Source of the DNA: Flavobacteriales bacterium
GTDB lineage: Bacteria > Bacteroidota > Bacteroidia > Flavobacteriales_F > PHOS-HE28
Length of the DNA: 64,000 nt
NCBI GenBank assembly: GCA_020635715.1
Contig: JACJZG010000011.1
Coordinates: 78,587-142,586, forward strand
Reading direction: 5' to 3'
In this document: in pieces, positions 1-10,176 of the stretch
Layout of the letters: each line of letters starts with the position of its first letter
Position numbering within the stretch: position 1 is the stretch's first letter
Program-made: the position numbers and the translations under genes
Notes under the pieces: generated by a model
Databases searched by the model: none
What the model was told of the DNA's origin: nothing
What the model saw: the letters and a program-made list of their open reading frames with translations, nothing else

Positions 1-297
1 CTTGACCTCCCTGCACCGATGATCATCCTCGATGCCGATGGCGGATACGCGACCTACCTTCCTGCTGGAAGTGTCCGCATTTCCGCACAGGACAAGGTCC
101 GTGGACTGGATGATCTCCTGTCGACCGAGCGGATCAACGTCATCGTGGCCTCACAGCGGTTGGCGAAAGACCCCCGCTTCGCGGAAGACCCGGATTGGCG
201 GCACTTCGTGGACGGCGGCTACACCACCCGCTTCGATCGGTCCGCTGTGGAAGGGACCAACACCCTGCTATACGTCTTGCGGGCGCGCCCGCATTGA
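1..297 (+). CDS. C-terminal fragment of a hypothetical protein (5' end outside the window)
   Basis: Frame 1 is open from nt 1 (LDLPAPMIILDADGG...) to TGA 295-297. No family recognised by eye. Confidence 0.35.
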   Translation, partial: LDLPAPMIILDADGGYATYLPAGSVRISAQDKVRGLDDLLSTERINVIVASQRLAKDPRFAEDPDWRHFVDGGYTTRFDRSAVEGTNTLLYVLRARPH

Positions 298-308
298 TCG
301 GACCGGTA

Positions 309-1004
309 TCAGGGGGTAAGCGTCGTCCAAAGGCCGGACATTGGCACCGGCGCCTCCACGACCATCGGTACTCCAGTGGCGGGATGACCGAATGTGATGG
401 CGAAGGCGTGCAGGTGGATGCTCCGGTCGCGTTCCCCCCGCCGCGCCCCGTACTTCACATCGCCCTTGATCGGCCACCCCGCCGCGCTCAACTGCGCTCG
501 GATCTGGTGAAAGGCACCGCCTTCCGGCTCCACCTCCAGCAGGGTATAGCGCTCGCCCAGGTTCAACGGTCGCACGCGAAGCACCCCTCCGGCGCCCTGC
601 TCCACGTCGGTCAGGACCGTGGCCTTCCTTCGGCGGGGATCACGGCGGAGCACCCCGTACAATTCCCGGGGACCTTCCACCCTTCCTTCCACAATGGCCC
701 AATAGACCTTGCGCACGGACCGGTGCCGGAACTGGCTGTTCAATCCTTCGGTGGCCCGTCGTGTACGGCCGAACAGGACCACCCCGCTCACCGGTCGGTC
801 CAGCCGATGTACGAGGTGGAGCTCAGGCTCGTTCAGCTGGCGGCGGAGCAGGCTCAATAGGTCGGGGTCGCCGGTCGGGTCGGGTTGCACCGGGATACCA
901 GCCGGCTTAAGTGCAGCCACCACTGCCTCATCCGACCAAAGTATCCTGATCGCCGCCGGCTCAGTACTGCTCTTCTGCGTTGGGGAAGTCGAGCGAACGG
1001 ACAT
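309..1004 (-). CDS. RluA-family pseudouridine synthase
   Basis: 231-aa ORF with an [13 protein letters not shown] catalytic-Asp motif and a KVYWAIVEG block. It overlaps the panB 3' end by 44 nt, so the true start may be further downstream. Confidence 0.8.
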   Translation of the reverse strand: MSVRSTSPTQKSSTEPAAIRILWSDEAVVAALKPAGIPVQPDPTGDPDLLSLLRRQLNEPELHLVHRLDRPVSGVVLFGRTRRATEGLNSQFRHRSVRKVYWAIVEGRVEGPRELYGVLRRDPRRRKATVLTDVEQGAGGVLRVRPLNLGERYTLLEVEPEGGAFHQIRAQLSAAGWPIKGDVKYGARRGERDRSIHLHAFAITFGHPATGVPMVVEAPVPMSGLWTTLTP

Positions 1005-1779
1005 CCGTGATGTAGCTGGAGACCGCCTCCGTGATCACCTGGTGCAGATCCGCATAGCGGCGGAGGAAGCGCGGGTTGAACTCCTTGTTGATCCCAAGCA
1101 TGTCGTGCAGCACGAGCACCTGGCCATCCACCCCGTTGCCGGCACCGATCCCGATCACCGGAATGCTCACGCTCGCCGCCACCTCCCTGGCCAGTTTGGC
1201 GGGGATCTTCTCCAGCACGATGGCGAAACATCCGGCCTCTTCCAGGAGCCGCGCATCCGAGCGGAGTCGTTCAGCCTCCTCCTCCTCCTTGGCACGCACC
1301 ACGTAGGTACCGAACTTGTAGATGCTCTGCGGCGTCAAGCCCAGGTGACCCATGACCGGAATGCCGGCGGTGAGGATGCGCTGGATCGAGGTGATCACCT
1401 CCCGCCCGCCCTCGAGTTTCACGGCATGGGCACCACTCTCTTTCATGATGCGGATGGCCGAGTTCAGCGCCCCCTTCGAGTTGCCCTGATAGGTGCCGAA
1501 GGGCAGGTCCACCACGATCAAGGCGCGCGAAGAGCCGCGCACGACCCCGGAAGCGTGATAGATCATCTGGTCCAGGGTGATGGGCAGGGTCGTTTCATGG
1601 CCGGCCATGACATTGCTGGCACTATCACCTACCAGGATCACATCGACCCCGGCGCCGTCCACCAAGCGCGCCAGCGAATAATCGTACGCGGTGAGCATGG
1701 AGATCCGTTGGCCTTGCGCCTTCATCTCCTGCAGGGTGTGGGTGGTCACGCGCTTGGCGTTCGCTGCTCCGGTGCTCAT
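961..1779 (-). CDS. panB: 3-methyl-2-oxobutanoate hydroxymethyltransferase
   Basis: 272 aa. [45 protein letters not shown] and GHLGLTPQS are typical PanB blocks. Confidence 0.93.
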   Translation of the reverse strand: MSTGAANAKRVTTHTLQEMKAQGQRISMLTAYDYSLARLVDGAGVDVILVGDSASNVMAGHETTLPITLDQMIYHASGVVRGSSRALIVVDLPFGTYQGNSKGALNSAIRIMKESGAHAVKLEGGREVITSIQRILTAGIPVMGHLGLTPQSIYKFGTYVVRAKEEEEAERLRSDARLLEEAGCFAIVLEKIPAKLAREVAASVSIPVIGIGAGNGVDGQVLVLHDMLGINKEFNPRFLRRYADLHQVITEAVSSYITDVRSLDFPNAEEQY

Positions 1780-1909
1780 GCGGTAAAGCTACGGGCCGCA
1801 GCCCAGCCGGGAACACCAGGAAGCATCCTTCAGGAACGGGGCCGCTGACTTGGCGAGCGGTGAAGGTGCTGCGGGCGGACGGCTATCTTTGGCACTTCGT
1901 ATTCCCTAC

Positions 1910-3001
1910 ATGCCACGCACACCCTCGATCCTCGCTGCCTGCGCCCTCCTCACGGCCTGCAGTACCGACCTGGACATCAACGCAGACTACAAGAACATCA
2001 CCGTGGTAGAAGGTCTGCTGAACATGCGTGACACCGTGCAACTCATCCGGATCAACAAAGGCTTCCTCGGCGACGGAGATGCACTGGTCTACGCCCAGGT
2101 GCAGGATTCGAACGAATGGAACGCGGACGCCTTCGACTACCGTCGTGTGGTCCGTCGGAAGAACGGTCAGGTGCTGGGCACCTTCCCCCTGCGCGATACG
2201 CTCATCAGTGGCCGCGAACCGGGCACCTTCTACAGCCCCGACCAGCGCCTGTACTACTTCAAGGATGATTTCAGGGATTCCATCGCCTTGAACACGGGGA
2301 ATGGCAGCATCTATTACCGCCTCTACCTCGACGACGAGAGCGAATACAGCGTGGAACTGGGTATCAAGGGCGAGTCCATTTCCGCCAGCACCTCGGTGGT
2401 CGGCAACTTTGACTTTCAGTCTGCGGACCAGTTCATCACGGTGCCGATCAACCTGATGAACGCTGGCGGCTACGGTTCTTTTGAATTGAATTGGAGCACC
2501 GGTCCGAACAGCAAACGGTTCGTGGTCGACTACCGGTTCAATTATTCGGAGGTACGCAACGGTGTCGAGGGCGAGCGGAAGTCCTTCACCCGTCGCATGG
2601 CCACCGTGGTGAAGCGGACCGCCAACGCCAACGAGCCCATGAGCGCCACCTTGGAAGGGGAGCGCTTCTTTCAAGAGATCGCCACGGCCATCCCAGCCGA
2701 CCCATCGGTGCAGCAGCGGAAGTTCTATGGGATCGACTTCATTGTTTCAGTGGCCAATGACGAGTTCCATACCTACCTGACCCTCACCGAACCGGTCTCC
2801 GGGATCATCGAGGACCGTCCGACCTACTCGAACGTGAACAATGGGTATGGTATCCTGGGGAGCCGTTACGTGCGTGAGATCATTGGCAAACGCCTGAACC
2901 CCCAGTCCTTGAATGAGTTGGCCGACGGGGACATCACCGGTGCGCTGCAGTTCTGCTCCACCTTCCCCGAGGATCAGGTGGGCACGCACTATTGCCCCTG
3001 A
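1910..3001 (+). CDS. Hypothetical lipoprotein
   Basis: ATG 1910 gives MPRTPSILAACALLTAC, a lipobox-type signal. The ORF-track TTG 1850 start only adds a non-signal extension. Family not recognised. Confidence 0.6.
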   Translation: MPRTPSILAACALLTACSTDLDINADYKNITVVEGLLNMRDTVQLIRINKGFLGDGDALVYAQVQDSNEWNADAFDYRRVVRRKNGQVLGTFPLRDTLISGREPGTFYSPDQRLYYFKDDFRDSIALNTGNGSIYYRLYLDDESEYSVELGIKGESISASTSVVGNFDFQSADQFITVPINLMNAGGYGSFELNWSTGPNSKRFVVDYRFNYSEVRNGVEGERKSFTRRMATVVKRTANANEPMSATLEGERFFQEIATAIPADPSVQQRKFYGIDFIVSVANDEFHTYLTLTEPVSGIIEDRPTYSNVNNGYGILGSRYVREIIGKRLNPQSLNELADGDITGALQFCSTFPEDQVGTHYCP

Positions 3002-3024
3002 CGATCTGTCGGTTTGGCAGTGTT

Positions 3025-3049
3025 GAAGTCCGCCCGCCTGGCGGACTTC
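3025..3049 (+). terminator. Hairpin downstream of the lipoprotein gene
   Basis: gaagtccgcc / ggcggacttc 10-bp stem with a 5-nt loop, 24 nt after the stop codon. The following T-tract is weak. Confidence 0.4.
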
Positions 3050-3151
3050 GCAATTCTTGGCAGTTCAGGTCGCCAAGGGGGCGCATGGCATGGACCTTGA
3101 CCACCGCGGGCGTCGGCCATAATGGTATGGGCCGATGAACAACCAAGCAGT

Positions 3152-5059
3152 ATGAGCAAGATCATCGGGATCGATCTGGGGACCACGAACAGTTGCGTAG
3201 CCGTCATGGAGGGCAACGAACCGGTGGTCATCGCCAACAGTGAAGGAAAGCGTACCACGCCCAGCGTAGTGGCGTTCGTGGAAGGCGGGGAGCGCAAGGT
3301 GGGAGACCCTGCGAAACGTCAGGCCATCACCAACCCGACCAATACCATCTTCTCCATCAAGCGGTTCATGGGTAACTCGTATGACGAGAGCTCGAAGGAG
3401 GCGGGGCGTGTTCCGTACAAGGTGGAACGCGGCCCGAACAACACCCCACGGGTGCAGATCGGCGACCGTCAGTACACCCCGCAGGAGATCAGCGCGATGA
3501 TCCTTCAGAAGATGAAGAAGACGGCGGAGGATTACCTCGGCACCACGGTGTCCGAAGCGGTGATCACCGTACCGGCCTATTTCAACGATGCCCAGCGCCA
3601 GGCCACCAAGGAAGCCGGCGAGATCGCTGGATTGAAGGTGCGCCGCATCATCAACGAACCAACTGCGGCAGCACTCGCCTACGGCCTGGACAAGAAGAAC
3701 AAGGACCAGAAGATCGTGGTCTTCGACTGCGGCGGCGGCACCCACGACGTGAGCGTGCTCGAACTCGGCGACGGTGTCTTCGAGGTGAAGGCCACCGACG
3801 GGGACACGCACCTGGGTGGTGATGACTTCGACCAGGTCATCATCGACTGGCTGGCCGAGGAGTTCCAGAAGGACGAAGGCCTGGACCTGCGCAAGGACCC
3901 CATGGCCCTGCAGCGCCTGAAGGACGCGGCCGAGAAGGCCAAGATCGAGTTGAGCTCCACCACGAGCAGCGAGATCAACCTGCCGTACATCATGCCGGTC
4001 AACGGCATCCCGAAGCACCTGGTGCGCACCCTGAGCCGCGCCAAGTTCGAACAGCTGGCCGATAGCCTGATCAAGCGCACCATCGCCCCCTGCGAAAGCG
4101 CCTTGAAGAACGCTGGCCTGAAGACCAGCGACATAGACGAAGTGATCCTGGTGGGTGGCAGCACCCGCATCCCGGCCATCCAGGAAGCGGTGAAGAAGTT
4201 CTTTGGCAAGGAGCCCAGCAAAGGCGTGAACCCGGATGAGGTGGTGGCCGTTGGTGCCAGCATCCAGGGCGGTGTGCTCACCGGCGAGGTGAAAGACGTG
4301 CTGCTGCTGGACGTGACCCCACTGAGCCTCGGGATCGAGACCATGGGCGGTGTGATGACCAAGTTGATCGAGGCGAACACCACGATCCCCACCAAGAAGA
4401 GCGAGACCTTCAGCACGGCGAGCGACAGCCAGCCCAGTGTGGAGATCCACGTATTGCAAGGCGAACGTCCCATGGCGAGCGGCAACCGCACCATCGGTCG
4501 CTTCCACCTGGATGGCATCCCTCCCGCACCGCGTGGTGTGCCGCAGATCGAGGTCACCTTCGACATCGACGCGAACGGCATCCTGCACGTGGGTGCCAAG
4601 GACAAGGCGACCGGCAAGGAGCAAAGCATCCGTATCGAGGCGAGCAGTGGCCTGAGCAAGGATGACATCGAGAAGATGAAGAAAGAGGCCGAAGCCAATG
4701 CCGACAGCGACAAGCAGGCCCGTGAGCGCGCCGACAAACTGAACCAGGCGGACAGCCTGATCTTCCAGACCGAGAAGCAGCTGAAGGACTTTGGCGACAA
4801 GATCCCAGCGGAGAAGAAGCAACCGATCGAGGATGCGCTTGGCAAGCTCAAGACGGCTCACGGTGCGCAGGACATCGCCGGCATGGACAGCGCCATGGCC
4901 GAACTGAACAACGTGTTCGCCGCGGCCAGCGAAGAAATGTACAAGGCCGCACAGGAAGCCCAGACCAGCGGTGCCTCAGGCGGTGCCCAAGCCGATGCTT
5001 CTGGAGACCCCGAAGTGAAGGACGTTGACTTCGAGGAAGTGAAGGACGAGAAGAAGTAA
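3152..5059 (+). CDS. dnaK: Molecular chaperone DnaK (Hsp70)
   Basis: [21 protein letters not shown] start at ATG 3152, full-length Hsp70 blocks and an acidic C-terminus ([12 protein letters not shown]). Confidence 0.97.
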   Translation: MSKIIGIDLGTTNSCVAVMEGNEPVVIANSEGKRTTPSVVAFVEGGERKVGDPAKRQAITNPTNTIFSIKRFMGNSYDESSKEAGRVPYKVERGPNNTPRVQIGDRQYTPQEISAMILQKMKKTAEDYLGTTVSEAVITVPAYFNDAQRQATKEAGEIAGLKVRRIINEPTAAALAYGLDKKNKDQKIVVFDCGGGTHDVSVLELGDGVFEVKATDGDTHLGGDDFDQVIIDWLAEEFQKDEGLDLRKDPMALQRLKDAAEKAKIELSSTTSSEINLPYIMPVNGIPKHLVRTLSRAKFEQLADSLIKRTIAPCESALKNAGLKTSDIDEVILVGGSTRIPAIQEAVKKFFGKEPSKGVNPDEVVAVGASIQGGVLTGEVKDVLLLDVTPLSLGIETMGGVMTKLIEANTTIPTKKSETFSTASDSQPSVEIHVLQGERPMASGNRTIGRFHLDGIPPAPRGVPQIEVTFDIDANGILHVGAKDKATGKEQSIRIEASSGLSKDDIEKMKKEAEANADSDKQARERADKLNQADSLIFQTEKQLKDFGDKIPAEKKQPIEDALGKLKTAHGAQDIAGMDSAMAELNNVFAAASEEMYKAAQEAQTSGASGGAQADASGDPEVKDVDFEEVKDEKK

Positions 5060-5078
5060 GGGAACGGACCGAATGCGA

Positions 5079-5106
5079 AAGCCCCGCGCCGGAAGGTGCG
5101 GGGCTT
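5079..5106. terminator. Hairpin between convergent dnaK and the MORN-repeat gene
   Basis: aagccccgc ... gcggggctt 9-bp GC-rich stem in the 66-nt convergent intergenic region. Confidence 0.45.
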
Positions 5107-5125
5107 CGTGTTCCTTGGGGTGCCG

Positions 5126-5863
5126 TCAGCGAACGGTGGCCACGCGGCCGTCCTGGTAATCCTCGTGCTTCACCACGGCCCCGGCTTGGTCGTAATAGGT
5201 CCACGTGCCGATCCGTTGGGTGTCCATCCGTGACGGGTCATAGCGGGCGCGGCCTTCGGAGCGGAGGGCGCCACCAGGGTGGTATTCCTTCTGCATGAAT
5301 TCCACACGCTTGCGATCAACAAGCTGAAGCGTGCTCACGGGCTTGCCGTCCGCTGCGAACAGGTCCATCCGCAGGAAGTAGGGTTCACTGCGATGCCTTT
5401 CCTCGGCGTAGCGCAGGGTGCCATCCACATAATGATCCTCATACTGGACGGAGCGTCCGTCAATGAACTTGGTTTCCGACCGCAGTTGGCCGTTCCCGTG
5501 ATAGGTGCGCTGCACGCTCCGAACAGCATCAACGGAGCGGAACTCGCGTTCGATGCTGCCATCGGGGCGGTAGTTCTTGTAGATGGTGAGTTGACCGCCG
5601 TCGTAATAGCCACGGTGCTTGAGCGAACCATCCTTGTGGTGGTCCTCGACCCAACCCAGACAGGGGTTACCACCGCAAAGCCGGACGGAGTCACCACCGA
5701 GCGCCTTGTTCATGGCATCGTACACGCTGAGGTCCGGTGAAGGGTCATCTCCAACGTCACCCATGACATACAGCTCATCAGAGGGAAGTTCCTGATCCAC
5801 CTGAGCATGAGCGGTGGTTGACCCGAACAGAAGGGCCAGGACGGTTAAGAAGGATGGACGCAT
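5126..5863 (-). CDS. Secreted MORN-variant (YwqK-like) repeat protein
   Basis: Repeated G-x-L-x-x-E-x-x-Y-x-D-G type units (KDGSLKHRGYYDGGQL, HGNGQLRSETKFIDG, VDGTLRYAEER). ATG 5863 gives the signal peptide MRPSFLTVLALLFGSTTAHA. The upstream part of the ORF-track ORF is not protein-like. Confidence 0.65.
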   Translation of the reverse strand: MRPSFLTVLALLFGSTTAHAQVDQELPSDELYVMGDVGDDPSPDLSVYDAMNKALGGDSVRLCGGNPCLGWVEDHHKDGSLKHRGYYDGGQLTIYKNYRPDGSIEREFRSVDAVRSVQRTYHGNGQLRSETKFIDGRSVQYEDHYVDGTLRYAEERHRSEPYFLRMDLFAADGKPVSTLQLVDRKRVEFMQKEYHPGGALRSEGRARYDPSRMDTQRIGTWTYYDQAGAVVKHEDYQDGRVATVR

Positions 5864-5914
5864 CGGTGGTTTGAACGGAAGAAGAGGAACGATGGTTCCA
5901 ACCACCCAACTCAC

Positions 5915-6124
5915 TCGTCGACGAAAACAAAATATTCGTCGACAGATGCGAGAGATTGGGCAGACCGACACGGATCTATGGTCTGGCCGGCCACCGAAAA
6001 TCCTAATAAGCTGTTATCCAGCTACTTGAATAGCTTTCCCTCAATCACTGTAAACGAGCTCACCCAGGAAGCTCCAGCTTAGCAACAGCACCATTCGTCG
6101 ACACTTTTTATTCATTCATCGACA
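5915..6124. repeat. Repeated ATTC(G/A)TCGACA motif plus a TCGTCGACGA palindrome in a divergent promoter region
   Basis: TCGTCGACGA at 5915-5924. ATTCGTCGACA at 5934-5944 and 6093-6103. ATTCATCGACA at 6114-6124. All lie in the AT-richer gap between the MORN gene and the 6304 gene. Confidence 0.4.
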
Positions 6125-6303
6125 AAAAAGATTGACAAATAGCAGCCTTTGTCCAAACCTTCCATTCGCAAACCAACATTCCTTCACATGAAGCACCTCT
6201 TCCAAGAATCGATCCTTGCCTGGGTATCCAAGGCAAGGGAACGCACTGCGGAACCGAGGTCGGTCCATCTGGTCGGCCTTCTCCCAGCCCGTCCATCACG
6301 CTC

Positions 6304-9300
6304 ATGGGCCAAGGTCCTGCGGCTGAGCACCCTGGCTGTATTGATCAGCCTGGTCACATCAGTGCATGGGGACAGACGACCGAGACCTTCAACAGCTCAG
6401 GGACGTTCCTTGTTCCAGCAGGCGTGAGTCAGGTCACGGTGGAATGCTGGGGCGGTGGCGGTCGCGGTGGCACGCGCACCTCCAATGGCCGGGGCGGCGG
6501 CGGTGGCGGCGGAGCCTACGTACGAAGCACGATCAATGTGGTCGAAGGCAACACCTACACGGTGACGGTCGGTTCCGGTAGCACCGGAACAGGCGCTGGA
6601 GGTGATTCCTGGTTCGGTACGGCGACCACGGTGATGGCCAAGGGTGGCTCTTCCTGCGGTAACAACAGTACGAGCGGGGCCAATGGAGGCTCAGCCTCGG
6701 CCTCCATCGGAACGGTGAAATACGCCGGTGGTGATGGTGCCAACGCCCCTGGTAGCACAGGCGGCGGAGGTGGATCCTCGGCCGGTAATGCTGCGAACGG
6801 TGCCGATGGCTCCGGCCAAGGCGGTGGAAATGCGCCTGCGGGTGGCGGAGATGGTGGCAATGGCGGTAATGGTTTCATCGCAGGTGGCCAGGATGGTTCA
6901 ACGCCTGGTGGTGGTGGTGGTGGTGCCGAACGAGGATGTTGCTCTACAGCATCCGGAGGCGATGGAGCGAATGGTCGCGTCGTCCTGACCTACACCCCAT
7001 GCAGCGGTCCTACGATCTCGGTGACCCCGAGCACCCCCACGATCTGCAGCGGAGGAAATGTCGTGCTGACCGCTTCCGGAGCCAATGCCGGGTATACCTG
7101 GTCGCCGGCAACCGGCCTTAGCGCAACGAGCGGCCCCAGCGTGACGGCCAACCCGGCCACTACGACCACATACACGGTGACCGGCCTGAACACCGGCTGC
7201 TCCGTCCCTGGAGCCGCGACCGTAACGGTCAATGTGTCCGCTGGTCCGACCGGAGTTTCCGCGAACAGTTCCGCTACAACGCTCTGCGCTGGTGGTACGG
7301 TGGACCTGACCGGAGCTTACACAGCTCCTCCCTACGACCGTGTTCAGCGAGGATTTCAACAGCGGGCTCGGCTCCTGGTCCACGACGAACACCTCTACCG
7401 GAGGCACCCCTGCTGCCGCCGCCTGGACCTCGCGCCCCGATAGTTACTTCTACAACGGTTATGGCAGCCCGGATCCGACCTTCTCGAGCAATGACGCCAG
7501 CCCCTTCGTCCTGAGCAATTCCGATGCCCAGGGTTCCGGTACCACGGCCACCACCCTCGTATCCCCGGGGTTCAGCACCGTGGGATACAGCTCACTTTCG
7601 CTCAGCTATTACCACTATTACCGGTACAATGCCTCCGAAAGTGCGAACGTGGACATCTCAACGGATGGCACCAACTGGACCACCGAACAGACCTACACGA
7701 GCACGCAAGGTGCGGACGACGGCTTCGTCCAGTCAACGGTCGACCTGAGTGCCTATGCCGGACAACCGCAACTCTTCATCAGGTTCCGATATGATGCGAC
7801 CTGGGACTGGTGGTGGGCCATCGACAACGTGAGCGTTACCGGCACCCCTGCTCCCACCTCGTTCAGTTGGACCTCCACCCCTGCCGGATTCACGAGCACG
7901 GACCAGAACCCGATGAACGTGACCGTGAACGCGAACACGACCTTCCATTTCACGCCACGCGTCAGACATGCGGAACCACGGCGAGCACATTGCATTGGTG
8001 ACCGCCGTTCCAGTGCCCGAACGCGGCACCAATGGTACGCTCGACGTTTGCAGCAGCGATGCTCCAACAAGCCTTCTTGCCGCTTTGGGTGGCGGAACAC
8101 CGAATGGCGGTGGTTCCTGGACAGGTCCGAGCCCGGTCAGCGGTGGCATGTACGCACCTGCGACCATGGATCCGGGGGTGTACACCTATACCGTTTCTGC
8201 CGCACCTTGCGCGAACGCCAGTTGCCACGGTGAACGTTACTGAACAAGCAGCGACCGCCTGGTATGCTGACGTGGATGGTGATGGGATTCGGTGATCCGA
8301 ACGCGATGGTGATGGCCTGCAGCCAGCCGAGCGACCATGTGGCCGACAACAGCGACTGCGATGACAGCCAGCTGCTGTACGTGGATGGTGATGGTGACGG
8401 ATTCGGCACAGGAAGTCCCTGTCGCTTGCGGTGTACCCGACAACACCGACTGCGATGACACCGAGACCCATTACGCAGATACGGATGGTGATGGCTACGG
8501 TGCTGGCGCACCTGTCGCCTGCGGTGTGACCAACAACACGGATGACTGCCCGAGCGTACCCGGCCTGATCGGCTCGAACTGCGACGCACAGGCCGGACCT
8601 GGCTTCGTGCTCGGCCAACTGAACGGCTCCTGCACCTGTGTAGCCATCGCTTGCACGGAGAACGTGGTGGTCGACCTGCGTTCCGACGCCAACAGCGAAC
8701 AGATCGGCTGGGAGATCCTGACCAGAACAGCGACCTGGTGCGATCTGCAGCGGAGGTGCTCCGGATGAGCCTTATCCGCACAACATCACCTCGCCGATCA
8801 CCCCGACCTGCTGCCTGCCCGTGGGCTGCTACCGCCTGCGTGTCACGGACACCGGCGGGGACGGCTTCGTGAGCGGCGGCATCACCGGTGGTTACCAGTT
8901 GCGCGAGGCCGGTGCCAGCGGCGCACGCATCATCGACAACTTCGGGAACTTCACCACGGGAAGCGTGAGCGGTCTTTCAGCGAGCGTGGACAATGGCGCC
9001 TTCTGCCTGCCCACAGGCACTGACAAGCTTCTGTTCAGCAGCTGTGACAAGCTCGACTGGATCGACAACAAGATGATCGTGTGCCACGCCAATGCGGCCG
9101 TATCGGCCGAGTACGGGGTGACCAACACCACCAGTGGTTACGAGTTCTGGTTCTTCGACCCGAACGGCACCTACAGCTTCCGCCGCTTCCGCAGCCATGC
9201 CACCAGCGACGGCTTCGGCCACGGAGCCACCCGTGCCTGCCACTTCAAGGTGAACGGCTGGTACAACAGCATCGGCACCCCGCACATCCCTGCCAACATG

Positions 9301-10107
9301 CTGCTGAACGTGCGCGTGCGCGGTCGTGTGGCCGGCAACAACCTGCCCTTCGGTCCTGCATGCCAGTTCCGGATCGATGCAGCACTGGCCGCATGCCCGC
9401 ATGCCAAGCTCCAGGATGATCCAGCCAACCCGGATGACTACAGCTGTGGTGTCATGCGTGATTTCGGCGGCCCGAGCACGCCTGCTAACCGCATCTATGC
9501 GAACCCGCCCCAGCCGATCCCGGTGGTGGCCAGTAACATGGTGCGCTACCAGTTCCGCTTCCGGATCGTGGCCGAGAACATCTGCATCGTACGTCCGCCA
9601 CAGACCAGTGCCCGCATGGTCCTGAACTGGACGAACGGCCCTGCGCTGCAATGCACCAAGACCTATGACGTGGATGTGCGTGTGAGCCTTGACGGTGGTG
9701 CCACCTGGTGCTTCGGCCCGGCTGGTACCGGTCAAGCGGCTGCCTGTGCCGACACGGAGGACTGGGGCAAGATGTGCAAGGTGACGATCAACCCCTGCTC
9801 GTCCATGAGCAGTGGTGGCAGCAGCATGGCCTTGTCCTCGGACGGTCAGTTCACCATGTACCCGAACCCGAACAGCGGTGAGAACCTGCGCTTGAACCTG
9901 AGCCAGGTCGCGGCGGATGTGGAATTGGTCAACGTGGACATCTTCGACATGACCGGCAAACGCGTGGTGGCACGCACGGTGACCCCGGCGGACGGCCGCG
10001 TGAACAGCACGATCGAACTGGATCGCGGATTGCAGAGCGGCATGTACATCGTGCATGTGACCGCTGGCGATGCCGCCTACACCGAACGCCTGGTGATACA
10101 GCACTGA
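6304..10107 (+). pseudogene. Large T9SS (type A CTD) cell-surface protein interrupted by about 10 frame shifts (frameshifted gene or unpolished assembly)
   Basis: ORF-track pieces 6149-6427, 6304-7443, 7340-8233, 7810-8001, 7968-8243, 8032-8295, 8264-8458, 8337-8768, 8651-8872 and 8821-10107 join collinearly. The order is signal peptide, Gly-rich domain, Ig-like region, MAM/choice-of-anchor-J-like domain, HYR-like region, three DxDGDG(F/Y)G Cys repeats, a GDG module and a Por_Secre_tail-type CTD (MYPNPNSGENLRLNL...YIVHVTAGDAAYTERLVIQH). Confidence 0.7.
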
Positions 10108-10128
10108 TCGAAGACGTACTTAACAGGA

Positions 10129-10155
10129 AGAACCCCGGCGTGCCGCCGGGGTTCT
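10129..10155. terminator. Rho-independent-type hairpin between convergent genes
   Basis: agaaccccggcg tgc cgccggggttct 12-bp perfect stem followed by TTCATTT, 22 nt after the stop at 10107. Confidence 0.55.
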
Positions 10156-10176
10156 TTCATTTCAAGACCGAGGTGC

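Noticed and set aside
961-1004. 44-nt overlap between the pseudouridine synthase start and the panB stop.
   Set aside because: This is most likely an over-long start call for the synthase. No slippery site or other signal was seen.
5126-5863. A YwqK-type MORN-repeat protein could be read as the antitoxin of a toxin-antitoxin pair.
   Set aside because: It has a cleavable signal peptide, no adjacent toxin-like gene (the neighbours are dnaK and a divergent promoter), and stands alone as a monocistronic unit.
6149-6427. 92-aa ORF upstream of and overlapping the cargo gene start.
   Set aside because: Only its last 20 or so residues (KVLRLSTLAVLISLVTSVHG) look real, and they form the signal peptide of the cargo gene once two G-run shifts are allowed. 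The rest covers a hairpin-containing 5' leader.
6430-6990. GGN-rich repetitive DNA that could be mistaken for a tandem repeat or CRISPR-like array.
   Set aside because: There are no regularly spaced identical repeats or spacers. It translates into a continuous Gly-rich protein domain.
8977-10104. 375-aa ORF antisense to the 3' part of the cargo gene.
   Set aside because: The + strand product ends in a textbook T9SS type A sorting domain. The antisense translation is low-complexity (H/A/G/R/V).
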